A stretch of 64,000 nt of DNA from an uncultured Chitinophagaceae bacterium (GTDB taxonomy: Bacteria; Bacteroidota; Bacteroidia; Chitinophagales; Chitinophagaceae), in assembly GCA_963826435.1 (NCBI GenBank), contig CAWGWY010000003.1, forward strand, positions 17,151 to 81,150, read 5' to 3'. The stretch's first letter is position 1; each line of letters begins with the position of its first letter. The position numbers and the translations under genes are program-made. The notes beneath the pieces are model-generated. The model worked only from the letters and a program-made list of their open reading frames with translations. It made no database searches and was not told the origin of the DNA. Shown here one piece after another: positions 10,560 to 19,942 of the stretch.

Positions 10560-10730
10560 TTAATTATCTTTTAAAACCTCAATAACTAATTTCCTGAATT
10601 CGTTTTTCTTTTCAATGTTGGTTAAATGAACTGCTGAAACAATAATCAATTCTGAATTCGGAATCACGGAATGCATAAGTTCACTATGCTCCGGCTTGGT
10701 AACCTGGTCATACTTTCCGGCAATAATTAA
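10560..10730 (-). pseudogene. C-terminal relic of an alpha/beta hydrolase (3-oxoadipate enol-lactonase-like)
   Basis: Not in the ORF track. Reads LIIAGKYDQVTKPEHSELMHSVIPNSELIIVSAVHLTNIEKKNEFRKLVIEVLKDN*, containing the catalytic Asp (G..D) and His (HL.NIE) regions only. Confidence 0.7.
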
Positions 10731-10830
10731 ATTTATTAGGAATTAAAGCGTTGGTTTTTCGAGTATCCAAATCTCTGACAGCGGCAAACCCGCGTCGGTA
10801 CCGGGAAACTGAATCTTGCGTCGCGTTTTG

Positions 10831-11367
10831 TTATTTTGGTATTTGATCCAGGACAAATTTTACTCTATTGTCAACAGAATCTTTTGGTAATACAATTAAG
10901 TCATAGTTATGCTGTCTGTACCATTGGTAAAGTTGCCCGTAAATTTCTATTGAATGTTCAAATGCTTGGTCCCGTTCTGTATCGGTCGTATATATTTCTT
11001 CCCAGGGCGGCGTAATAAATACTGTATTGTTATACCGGTTGGTTTGAGAAAATATTTTTATTTGTTCATAGCGTTCCTGGTCACAGCTAAATATTTGAAA
11101 GGAGCTGTCCACAAAGGAGCGGTCAAAGAATAGTAAGGACGGGCAATTGATATTCCTTTCAAAATTTGACAAATCTTTTTTAAAAATGTCTGTCGCAAAA
11201 GTTAGTGGGTCCGGTCTTGGAGAAAGCCCAGCTGAAAGCCTGTCTTTTATTATTTGCCTTGCTGTTTCAGGAATGAATGAATATCCTTTTGAGAATAGCA
11301 TTTCCAAAAGAGTAGTTTTGCCCCCTCCGGGTCCACCTGTGATTATATAAAAATTATCTTTCGTCAC
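10831..11367 (-). CDS. AAA_28/NadR-like P-loop ATPase
   Basis: IITGGPGGGKTT Walker A, E.AR.II, FFDR and PPW.EIY..D.ER motifs. Probable GTG start at 11367; the ORF track starts at 11415. Confidence 0.85.
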   Translation of the reverse strand: MTKDNFYIITGGPGGGKTTLLEMLFSKGYSFIPETARQIIKDRLSAGLSPRPDPLTFATDIFKKDLSNFERNINCPSLLFFDRSFVDSSFQIFSCDQERYEQIKIFSQTNRYNNTVFITPPWEEIYTTDTERDQAFEHSIEIYGQLYQWYRQHNYDLIVLPKDSVDNRVKFVLDQIPK

Positions 11368-11649
11368 TCTTAAAATAGTTGAACAATTTTGGTGTTTAGA
11401 AAAGATGAAACACAACGTTTTGCATTCCAGCTGGCGTGGGTATCACCTCTATTCCGCAAGCCCGCATCAACCACTCTTGAGAGCCGCCGTCTAGTCTCCG
11501 GCCAACGGTAAAACAATCATCTTAAGATGTTTATAGATTTAAATAGGAACTCCCCAACAAAGGCTAAAATACGATAATTGAAATGCATCCGCGAAAGGTT
11601 GACCCGGATTTAAAAAGTGTAATTTAGCAAACAGTACAAATAGGTTAAC

Positions 11650-12273
11650 ATGGATGAATCCTGGGTCGGCAGATGGAACGAGAGATACAGCAACCACGAG
11701 TTTGCTTATGGCGAACAGCCCAACAATTATTTAAAGGAGCAATTAGAGAAATTAGATCCTGGTACGATACTTTTTCCGGCAGAGGGCGAAGGGCGCAATG
11801 CGGTTTTTGCTGCTACGCTTGGCTGGAAGGTTTTTGCATTTGACATAAGCAGTGCAGGAAAACGTAAAGCCCTCAGGCTTGCAGAAATTAATAAGGTGAC
11901 CATAAACTACATGGTTGGTGAATTGCAGGCATTAAATTATAGCGCTGAACAATTTGATGCCATTGCATTGATTTATGCACACTTTCCTGCAGAGATTAAA
12001 TCGATATATCACAACACACTCGACGGATATTTGCGTACGGGCGGAACCGTCATTTTCGAAGCGTTTAGTAAGAGGCACCTTGACTACAATTCCAAAAATG
12101 AAAAAGTGGGCGGGCCTAAAGACATAGCCATGTTATTCTCAATCGATGAACTAAAATCGGACTTTGGGAACTATGAAATCGTGGAACTGGAAGAAAAAGA
12201 AATTGAATTGAGCGAAGGCCTGTTTCATAACGGCCAGGGCTCCGTGATAAGATTTGTTGGGCGAAAAAAATAA
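11650..12273 (+). CDS. Class I SAM-dependent methyltransferase
   Basis: W.ERY....[15 protein letters not shown] and GGP motifs. Confidence 0.9.
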   Translation: MDESWVGRWNERYSNHEFAYGEQPNNYLKEQLEKLDPGTILFPAEGEGRNAVFAATLGWKVFAFDISSAGKRKALRLAEINKVTINYMVGELQALNYSAEQFDAIALIYAHFPAEIKSIYHNTLDGYLRTGGTVIFEAFSKRHLDYNSKNEKVGGPKDIAMLFSIDELKSDFGNYEIVELEEKEIELSEGLFHNGQGSVIRFVGRKK

Positions 12274-12325
12274 AGGCATTCAAAATACACCTGAGATTTT
12301 ATATGTCTCAAAAATAAAACGGGCA

Positions 12326-14269
12326 TCATTTTTCCAGGCCCACTTTTCTTAATATTGCATGAAAGCGGGGATCGCTTCTAAGCGGCTCCATCTTAGGATC
12401 AATTTTCAGGCTGCATAAAGATTCTTCATGGTGCTGGTAACTTTTATCGAGCCATTCAAAGGCTTTATCAATTTCTTTCAGCGCGGCATATGCCTGCGCC
12501 ATTCCACGATGGTCATTTGCACTAATATTTTTGCCGGCTTCTATTTCGCTCATTATTTTTTCAGCATCTTTTTTTCGCCCTGAGGCTGCATAAATTTCAG
12601 CAAGAGCAACATCGGTTTTTATCTTGTTTCCGGTAAGCTTGCCCCACCGCATATTCTCGGCAATCGCCTTATCGTACATTTTCATACCCTGGTAGGCAAG
12701 CGAAAGGAGGCGGTATGCGGGAACAAATGTGGGGTTAAGCTCGAGCGTCATTGTAGCCATATCAATGGCTTTGTTATATTGGCCCGTGTAGTAATAAAAT
12801 ATTCCCTTGTCCTTTAAGATTCCCTGCGAGACAGGGTCAAGATCAACAGCAAGCGAAATCTCCCGGAATGCCTCTTCAGTCCTTCCTGCAAACAACAGCA
12901 ATTCGGCATACCAGTGGCGCCCGTTAGCGTACTTGGGATTTAATTGTATCCCAAGCTTAAATTCCTTTTCGGCATTTTTCCAATCCCATTCATTCAGCAT
13001 AAGAGATATAGCAAGTGAGATGTGTGCCTCACTAAGGCGGCTGTCAATTTCCAATGCTTTTTTAACAGCCGCCATTTGCTTGGGATACAATTCACGCCTC
13101 GAAATATTAGTGTACTCACCCATGATGCTGTACGTATCGGCGAGGCCGGCCCAGGCCAGTGCGTATTCAGGATCTTTTTTTAATGCTCTTTCAAAATAAA
13201 CAATTGCAGATTTAAGGCTCTCTTCTGTTCTTTGTTTCCAGAAATGCCGGCCCTTCAGGTAAAGCTGGTATGCCTCGGAATCATCGGTGTACCGTTTTTC
13301 GAGCATTACCTGCTCATCTTTTGTAAGCTGTATTCTCAATGCCTCCACAATTTTTTCTGACACCATTTCCTGTATATCAAAAATATCGTTAACCTTTCCG
13401 CGAAAAGTTTCAGCCCACAAATGATCATCTTTCCGGGCGTCTAAAAACTGGGCTGTTATCCTGAGGTTATCTCCTTGTTTTCTCACACTTCCTTCCATAA
13501 TATAATTGACGTTGGTCTCCTTCCCAATAGTTTTAATATCCTTTTTGGTACCCTTATATAACATGGAAGTTGTTCGCGATATCACCCGCATTTCACTGAG
13601 CTTCGACAAACTGGTGATCAGCTCTTCGGTGAGGCCGTCACTAAAATATTCCTGCTCAGGATCATTGCTCATATTTACAAATGGCAACACAGCTACTGAT
13701 CGTTCGGCAGTCCTGTTTTCTATAATTTTCCTGCCCTTACCTGATAGATTATTCCCTTCAGGGATGATAACACCTTTATTGCTGATGGCAAATATTTCTA
13801 TGGGTTCCTTTACGTTTTTTAGAATAAATTTCCCCAAAGAAATAGTATGGATGTCATTTTGATTTTTGATATCATCGTATACCCTCGCTGAAACGAATAT
13901 GCTTCCCGGAGTTGCAAATGATTCAATCCTGGATGCTAAGTTTACTCCATCGCCGTACACATTGTTGCCTTCGAATATTACATCTCCCGTGTGTATCCCT
14001 ATGCGAAGCGGTACTACAGGTTCGCGTTGCATTTCGATTTGCACGGCAATCGCTGCCTTTACTGCTTCTATTGTGCTGGTAAAGCAGCATAAGGCGCCGT
14101 CGCCCTTGAACTCCAGCATGCGCCCATGTTCCAGCTCTATTTGCTGTTCAAGCTTTTTCTGCAGCTTGTTTCGCAGCTGTAAGGCCAATGTCTCGTCTTC
14201 CTGCATCATAGCGGTATAACCGGCAATGTCGGCAAACATAATAGCAGCAAGTTGGCGGGACGTTGACAT
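12326..14269 (-). CDS. Class III nucleotide cyclase + TolB-N-like domain + TPR repeats
   Basis: FADIAGYT, GDG, RIGIHTGD and GDGVN.ASR motifs; SVAVLPFVNMS.DPEQEYFSDG; multiple TPR helices. Confidence 0.9.
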   Translation of the reverse strand: MSTSRQLAAIMFADIAGYTAMMQEDETLALQLRNKLQKKLEQQIELEHGRMLEFKGDGALCCFTSTIEAVKAAIAVQIEMQREPVVPLRIGIHTGDVIFEGNNVYGDGVNLASRIESFATPGSIFVSARVYDDIKNQNDIHTISLGKFILKNVKEPIEIFAISNKGVIIPEGNNLSGKGRKIIENRTAERSVAVLPFVNMSNDPEQEYFSDGLTEELITSLSKLSEMRVISRTTSMLYKGTKKDIKTIGKETNVNYIMEGSVRKQGDNLRITAQFLDARKDDHLWAETFRGKVNDIFDIQEMVSEKIVEALRIQLTKDEQVMLEKRYTDDSEAYQLYLKGRHFWKQRTEESLKSAIVYFERALKKDPEYALAWAGLADTYSIMGEYTNISRRELYPKQMAAVKKALEIDSRLSEAHISLAISLMLNEWDWKNAEKEFKLGIQLNPKYANGRHWYAELLLFAGRTEEAFREISLAVDLDPVSQGILKDKGIFYYYTGQYNKAIDMATMTLELNPTFVPAYRLLSLAYQGMKMYDKAIAENMRWGKLTGNKIKTDVALAEIYAASGRKKDAEKIMSEIEAGKNISANDHRGMAQAYAALKEIDKAFEWLDKSYQHHEESLCSLKIDPKMEPLRSDPRFHAILRKVGLEK

Positions 14270-14393
14270 AAAAAATGTATGTGAATGAAGATAGCAAAAA
14301 GATGGATGCAGGAATTTTGAGGCGGTTGCCTTTGTTTAAACCTCACTCCTGCTCTTGTCCCTTGAATAGTTACAGGCGCACTGCAGTACTAGT

Positions 14394-15128
14394 TTATTTT
14401 TTGCCTGCCCGCATAAAAATGGGAAATAAAACTTCTCTTTTTACATTGTTTCCCCACACCTTCTTAAGCTTGTCAATAACCAAATTTACCGGGTTCTCAC
14501 TATTCTTTTTTATATAGTGCTGAACAGCCGACCATGTATTTAAAAATCCTTCCACCGATTCAAGCTCCCAATGGTATTTGCTGCAAAAAGCAGGCGTTTT
14601 AATTTCTGCAAAAGGAAAAGGTATTGTTTTATAATTTTCATCTATATATTTTCTTTCAACATCCCAATAAGGCCCGGTGGTATTTTTATAGAAATCTGTA
14701 ATTAGTAAATCTATCTCTTTATTGACCGTCAAAAGCCCATATCCAAAAACGGCGATCAAGCCTCCCGGTTTCAAGGTCCTGTTCACCTCTTTATAAAATT
14801 TGTCAAAATTAAACCAATGAATTGCCTGCCCCACAGTTACCATGTCAAACATATTTTCAGGGAAGGATGTTTCTTCAGCACTTATTTTGGAATAATGAAT
14901 ATTTTCTTTTGACACCGCATTTGCAATTTGACTGGCGCTTATATCGGTTGCGTATACATCTGCAAATTGTTTCGACAATTGTAAGGCTACCTGTCCATTG
15001 CCGGTCCCGCAATCCCATGCAGTATTTTTTTCCGTCAGCAGTGAAAACAAGAAATCAAATAATTCATCCGGGTAGCCCGGCCGGAACTTCGCGTATAAAT
15101 TCGCCTGTTTTGAAAAGTTATCTTTCAT
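14394..15128 (-). CDS. Class I SAM-dependent methyltransferase
   Basis: Y.KFRP.YP, WDCGTGNGQ and QAIHWF motifs. Confidence 0.9.
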   Translation of the reverse strand: MKDNFSKQANLYAKFRPGYPDELFDFLFSLLTEKNTAWDCGTGNGQVALQLSKQFADVYATDISASQIANAVSKENIHYSKISAEETSFPENMFDMVTVGQAIHWFNFDKFYKEVNRTLKPGGLIAVFGYGLLTVNKEIDLLITDFYKNTTGPYWDVERKYIDENYKTIPFPFAEIKTPAFCSKYHWELESVEGFLNTWSAVQHYIKKNSENPVNLVIDKLKKVWGNNVKREVLFPIFMRAGKK

Positions 15129-15256
15129 TAAATATGAAACTAAATTGACGATTTGAAAATGATAAATGTAATATTGTTGTTTAACGCAACGTCATTTATC
15201 CACTGGTTAAATTAAAAAATATATACAATCATTTATCTTTATAACAACAGAAAGTT

Positions 15257-15730
15257 ATGACAAGAGAAGAGAAATTTATGATGGAAGCTATACTTCTTTC
15301 CCAAAAAGGAATGGATGAAAATGATGGTGGCCCCTTTGGATGTGTTGTCGTAAAAGATGATAAGATAGTCGGGCGTGGCAACAACAAGGTTATTAATAGC
15401 ATAGACCCGACAGCACACGCAGAAATTGTTGCCATCCGCGATGCATGCAGGCACCTGGGATCATTCCAGCTTACGGATTGTGAAATTTATTCTTCCTGCG
15501 AACCTTGCCCCATGTGCCTCGGGGCAATTTACTGGTCCCGCCCGAAAATCATATATTATGCAAACACCAGGGACGATGCAGCGGCAATCGGGTTCGATGA
15601 TTCTTTAATTTACTCGGAAATGAATGTTGAACCTGGAAATAGGAAAATACCCATTATTAATATTGGCAGGCAGGACGCCGTAAAAGTCTTTCAAAGCTGG
15701 GCTGATAAAAATGACAAGAGTTTGTATTAA
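15257..15730 (+). CDS. guaD: Nucleoside deaminase family, guanine deaminase-like
   Basis: GGPFG, DPTAHAE, SCEPCPMC zinc motif and GFDD..IY. Confidence 0.8.
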   Translation: MTREEKFMMEAILLSQKGMDENDGGPFGCVVVKDDKIVGRGNNKVINSIDPTAHAEIVAIRDACRHLGSFQLTDCEIYSSCEPCPMCLGAIYWSRPKIIYYANTRDDAAAIGFDDSLIYSEMNVEPGNRKIPIINIGRQDAVKVFQSWADKNDKSLY

Positions 15731-15893
15731 ATTAATCTAAACGTTGGTGTGCCTTACTTTTACAGCAATCCAATGAGAATAGATTTCCACAAACACATTC
15801 CACACTCACCAACTTATCAGGCATAATATTTGGCAAATAATATGATGATTACGTGGTTCCTCTTATACATTAATTATTAATTAATTTTTAAAA

Positions 15894-16154
15894 ATGTCAA
15901 ATTGCAATTTTACGATACCGTTTTCAGGGGACGCATCTGAGCTGGTTTCCAAAGCTAAATCGGCCGTCGAATCTCAAAAAGGTTTATTTAACGGGGACAC
16001 GACTTCCGGAAATTTCGAAGTAACGATTCTTTCCAATACAATTAAAGGGAATTATGATGTGAATGGCCAGACAATGAATATTGCAATATTTAACAAGCCA
16101 TTTTTTGTACCGTGCAGCACTATAGAGGGCCTTTTACGAAGTAAAATATCATAA
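15894..16154 (+). CDS. Small hypothetical protein (86 aa)
   Basis: Clean ORF with an A-rich leader, filling the gap between genes; sigma54-like element upstream. Confidence 0.7.
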   Translation: MSNCNFTIPFSGDASELVSKAKSAVESQKGLFNGDTTSGNFEVTILSNTIKGNYDVNGQTMNIAIFNKPFFVPCSTIEGLLRSKIS

Positions 16155-16165
16155 TTTATAGCGGC

Positions 16166-16543
16166 CTAAACAGATTCTCTTGCCTGGGATAAAATGGCAT
16201 GAACTTTCCCTATAAGCTCGTTCACTTCAAAAGGCTTTGAAATAAAATCATTGGCCCCATATTCATAAATTGCAGTTTCAGCAACACGTGGATATGCAGA
16301 AAAAATTAAAACCGGTATATGCCTGGTGGCATAATTTGATTTCAGTTTCTGGCATACTTCAAAGCCATCAACACCGGGAAGGAAAACATCTAATAAGATT
16401 AGTTGCGGTTCATACTTCTTTATATCATGATTCGCCAACTCCCAATCCGAATAAACCGATACATTAAATCCCCTTTTTATTAGTAAAGATTTTACTATTG
16501 TCAAAAGGTCTTTATCATCATCTATTACAAATATTCTTGGCAT
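16166..16543 (-). CDS. Stand-alone response regulator receiver (CheY-like)
   Basis: IDDD, LLDVFLPG.DG, IFSA and SKPF motifs; no output domain. Confidence 0.9.
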   Translation of the reverse strand: MPRIFVIDDDKDLLTIVKSLLIKRGFNVSVYSDWELANHDIKKYEPQLILLDVFLPGVDGFEVCQKLKSNYATRHIPVLIFSAYPRVAETAIYEYGANDFISKPFEVNELIGKVHAILSQARESV

Positions 16544-16678
16544 AAAATCACATACACAAAAAGTGTGCGGATTATTTTAAATAATTGAACATTTTCAAAA
16601 ATATCCCGCTTTTTGGAAAAAGCATTTTTGAGATTATTAAAATATAGAAATTAAATTAAATATTTTTCAATTTGACTT

Positions 16679-16710
16679 ACAAAAAAGAGGCTACAAATTT
16701 GCAGCCTCTT
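16679..16710 (-). terminator. Intrinsic terminator of 16749-17285
   Basis: AGAGGCT...AGCCTCT stem with an A-run on the + side, which is a U-run on the minus strand. Confidence 0.7.
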
Positions 16711-16748
16711 AATTAACCACCTGATACCAAGACAATCTTCTCAAAAAT

Positions 16749-17285
16749 CTATGACTTCGATTGCTTTTTAAATTGCTCATAAATATGCATGTCGCCATCC
16801 ACCACGCTCACTGTTTTAAAGCTGCTTTCATTTTCCAGGTACACTAAATAACACTTCAACTGGCCTTCATTGATTTCCTGTACTTGTGTGATCTTGTCAT
16901 CAAAGTATTTACTTTTTACAACCTCCCTTGTACCACGATCCATTTTGTTTTCCTGGTATGTTTTTACGGTACGCAGCCAATGGCCTTTCTTATCATATAC
17001 CACATTGGTTTTAATATCATCTCTTGTAAAAGTTGCTGATATTACATTGGGCTCAAAGAACCATTTTACATCACGGTCATTTTTAAAATCTCTGTTGAAT
17101 GCTTTTAGTGATTTAAATCCTGCTTTGGGCATTTTTTCAGAGCTTTCATAATTGTAGCCGGTGTTTGCACCATTTATACCATTGGAACGGGCGTTATTCT
17201 TGCCCCGGAAAATTTGTGCATTTACATTACTTATTACGGAAGAATATATTATTCCGATAATTAAAACCACGCTTATCTTTTTCAT
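16749..17285 (-). CDS. Secreted hypothetical protein (PepSY-like/BLIP-like repeat type)
   Basis: Signal peptide ending VNA-Q; F..DF......KW, A.F, YD.KG.W pattern. Confidence 0.65.
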   Translation of the reverse strand: MKKISVVLIIGIIYSSVISNVNAQIFRGKNNARSNGINGANTGYNYESSEKMPKAGFKSLKAFNRDFKNDRDVKWFFEPNVISATFTRDDIKTNVVYDKKGHWLRTVKTYQENKMDRGTREVVKSKYFDDKITQVQEINEGQLKCYLVYLENESSFKTVSVVDGDMHIYEQFKKQSKS

Positions 17286-17371
17286 TTTATTAATTTTTAA
17301 AATTTTGTCTTAAATAAAAGTTTGGGCGGCTTTCTTATGTAAAATTGTATAAATCCCGAATGCCGGGCAAG

Positions 17372-17452
17372 GGTCGTTTAACGGATTTAAAAGCGGTAAA
17401 ACAGTCACATCTAAAAGGGGGAAAACACGGAGAGAAAGATGGTAAAAAACGG
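17372..17452. promoter_or_regulatory. Four phased GG(T/G)AAAA-CACGG-like boxes upstream of 17285
   Basis: GGTCGTTTAACGG (17372), GGTAAAACAGTC (17395), GGGAAAACACGG (17419), GGTAAAAAACGG (17441); spacing 22-24 bp. Confidence 0.45.
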
Positions 17453-17575
17453 AAACCAGCCGCTTTTATACCTTCGAAAGATAATAGCCCGGAGTGCTTA
17501 ACAAATGTATAAAACGAATTATTTAAAAGAATGGTGCCGGTGAGTAAAGCCTCATCCTGCTAAAAAATGCCCGGG

Positions 17576-18235
17576 CTAAATATTTACTATGCCGTTCTTA
17601 ATGGCGTACATGACGAGGCCTACTCTCGTTTTAGCATTAAGTTTCTGAAAGAGATCATCGCGGTAGCCATCAATAGTCCTCGGGCTTAGAAACATTTTTT
17701 CAGCGATTTCTTTATAAGTCAGTTCGGTACAAACTAATTTTAAAAAATTTATTTCACGTTCAGTCAATTGTATCACATTCTTCACCTGGCTATCTTCTTC
17801 ATCCAAAGAATTAATTGTATGAATAAGTTTCCCGGTTACCATTTCAGAATAATAAAAGCCCTTTAAAACGATCGCATCCAATGCGGTTTTTAATTCCGCA
17901 GGATCGCAGTCTTTCAGGATATATCCTTTAGCGCCGGCCTTAAACATTCTTATTACGGAGTTCTCGTTATCGTACATTGATAGTGCAAGCACCTTTACTT
18001 GCGGATGATTATTTTTTAGCCAAAGACAGGCTTCATACCCGTCCATTTCAGGCATATTTATATCCATTAATACTACCTGGGGCAGCGTTTTTGGCTTTAA
18101 TTTATTAATAAAATCCTGGCCGTTATCTGCTTCGAACAGAATGTCATAATTCCCAAAACTTTTTATAAGACTGGCCAGGCCATTGCGCAGCAAGCCATGA
18201 TCATCAACCAGTACAACGTTTGCTTTTGGAGGCAT
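17576..18235 (-). CDS. NarL/FixJ-family response regulator (receiver + LuxR HTH)
   Basis: VDDH, MDINMP.MDG, LSM and GYILK motifs; LTERE...TYKEIA..MFLSPRTI HTH. Confidence 0.95.
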   Translation of the reverse strand: MPPKANVVLVDDHGLLRNGLASLIKSFGNYDILFEADNGQDFINKLKPKTLPQVVLMDINMPEMDGYEACLWLKNNHPQVKVLALSMYDNENSVIRMFKAGAKGYILKDCDPAELKTALDAIVLKGFYYSEMVTGKLIHTINSLDEEDSQVKNVIQLTEREINFLKLVCTELTYKEIAEKMFLSPRTIDGYRDDLFQKLNAKTRVGLVMYAIKNGIVNI

Positions 18236-18237
18236 AC

Positions 18238-19056
18238 TTATTCTTTTAAAGGTAAATTAATAGTAACCGTGGTCCCTTTTCCCTGCTCGCTAATAATTCT
18301 AAAATCGGCCCCTATAAGGCCGGCTCGATTTGAAATATTTGTAATTCCCAATCCGCTGTTAGTATTATTATCCTGGCTCAACATGGAAGAAGCATCAAAT
18401 CCGATTCCATTGTCTGTAATGTGCATTATAAAATTAGTTGAATTGTAGTTGATCTTCATATTTATCTCTGAAGCTTTTGAGTGTTTTAAAACGTTATTCA
18501 AAACCTCCTGGAAAATTCTGAAAAGAATTAATTCATGTTTGTGTGAAAGTCGCTGGTGTGTGCCTTCCTTTACAAGATTGGTTTGATACCGGCCGGTTTT
18601 TTTAATCAGCTCAAGTTCATATTCTATCGATCTCAAGAGCCCCATTTCTCCAATGGCGTCGGCATTAAGACTCCTGGAAAGATCACGCAGATCCTGTATC
18701 GCCTGGCTTACAAGTTGTGAAGAAGTATTTATTTTTTCCATCAGCATTTCCTGGTCATTACCATCCATCGTATTGATTGTGATCTTCGCAAGGCTCAAAA
18801 CCTGGCCTATGTTATCGTGAATTTCCTGCGAAATATTTTTAAAGGTTTGTTCCTGAATTTCCAATTTGCTTTCTAGTATCTCTCTATCAAATTTCACCTT
18901 TAGCTGTTCTTTGTCTCCCAGGTATTGCAATTGCTTTTTCTGGTATATAAGTACGAGCACCACTATGCCGATGGCAACAATTATAAGAAATATTGTAAAT
19001 AAAAAAATTGTAGCGAGCTCCGGGCTTATGGCAGCTTCCTGTGATATTTTATCCAT
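18238..19056 (-). CDS. Histidine kinase (HisKA_3 + HATPase) with one N-terminal TM helix and no sensor domain
   Basis: H-box SQEIHDNIGQ, N-box QEVLNNVLKH, DNGIGF and GLGITNI; a single hydrophobic helix at about aa 16-39. Confidence 0.92.
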   Translation of the reverse strand: MDKISQEAAISPELATIFLFTIFLIIVAIGIVVLVLIYQKKQLQYLGDKEQLKVKFDREILESKLEIQEQTFKNISQEIHDNIGQVLSLAKITINTMDGNDQEMLMEKINTSSQLVSQAIQDLRDLSRSLNADAIGEMGLLRSIEYELELIKKTGRYQTNLVKEGTHQRLSHKHELILFRIFQEVLNNVLKHSKASEINMKINYNSTNFIMHITDNGIGFDASSMLSQDNNTNSGLGITNISNRAGLIGADFRIISEQGKGTTVTINLPLKE

Positions 19057-19676
19057 AAATTTCCGGTTAGTGCAATCAGTGCGCTTGTGAACAAAATAAT
19101 ATTTTGAAAGGACCAGATAATAGCCCGCTGAACTTCATTTTTATCTTTATAAAATAGAATGATAAAAAACGCCCCTAAGAAATAGATGAGGTAGCCCGAA
19201 ATAAGCCAGAAATCAAATTCATGCAAAATGTTTACTTCATTTACATTTTTCAATAACTGGTCAAAGTAAAAAAGACAATACACAACAAGGCTCAAATAGC
19301 ATGTAGCGGTTACATAATTATTATAGGTATCATTAAACTGATCCAATAAAATATCATACTCTATAAATAAAAACAAGTTCAAAACAAACAGGAAAACAAT
19401 TATGTATTTTTTAGTTCGCCCAATTAGTACATTATAAAAATAATACGAAAAAGTGCTGATGGTTAGGAAAAAAAATAAATTATACAAATAATTATTATCA
19501 CCCAGGGTTTTTGCATAGCTTAAAAAACTTGCATAATAAGTAAGTATAACGGAAGCTAAATAATAGCCAAAAAGAACTTTTATTTTAACCTTGCTATTTT
19601 TATTAAGGACTAGCAGCAATAGCAAAGTGTAAAGCAGGTAAGAGAGAGGTTCCAAAAAGTTCTTTAAAAAAGTCAT
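19026..19676 (-). CDS. Hypothetical 7-TM membrane protein, probable sensory partner of the kinase
   Basis: Seven hydrophobic segments; NNYLYN and FWLISG.LIY motifs; overlaps the kinase start by 31 bp. Confidence 0.75.
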   Translation of the reverse strand: MTFLKNFLEPLSYLLYTLLLLLVLNKNSKVKIKVLFGYYLASVILTYYASFLSYAKTLGDNNYLYNLFFFLTISTFSYYFYNVLIGRTKKYIIVFLFVLNLFLFIEYDILLDQFNDTYNNYVTATCYLSLVVYCLFYFDQLLKNVNEVNILHEFDFWLISGYLIYFLGAFFIILFYKDKNEVQRAIIWSFQNIILFTSALIALTGNLWIKYHRKLP

Positions 19677-19892
19677 CCAATCTTAATTAATAGTTTTAGC
19701 ATCGTTGCTGTGCGATTCACAATCCTTTCTATTCTTGTAAGTAAACTCATATACCGTATATCAATTTCAAACGTTGCTCTGCCGGTAATTTTTTTATATA
19801 AGCCTAAGATTTAATAATGTTTAATCAAAATTTTTTATAGAAGCCCCTTTCAGATTTATAAGTTAAAACCCGGCAAAAATTGCCCTAAAAGT

Positions 19893-19926
19893 ATAATACC
19901 GGAGAATGTATTTAATCCGGTATTAT
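19893..19926 (-). terminator. Stem-loop (terminator or stabiliser) directly after the small-protein gene
   Basis: Perfect 11-bp inverted repeat ATAATACCGGA / TCCGGTATTAT, followed by ACTTTT on the minus strand. Confidence 0.6.
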
Positions 19927-19942
19927 TTCACGCTTATATCCG

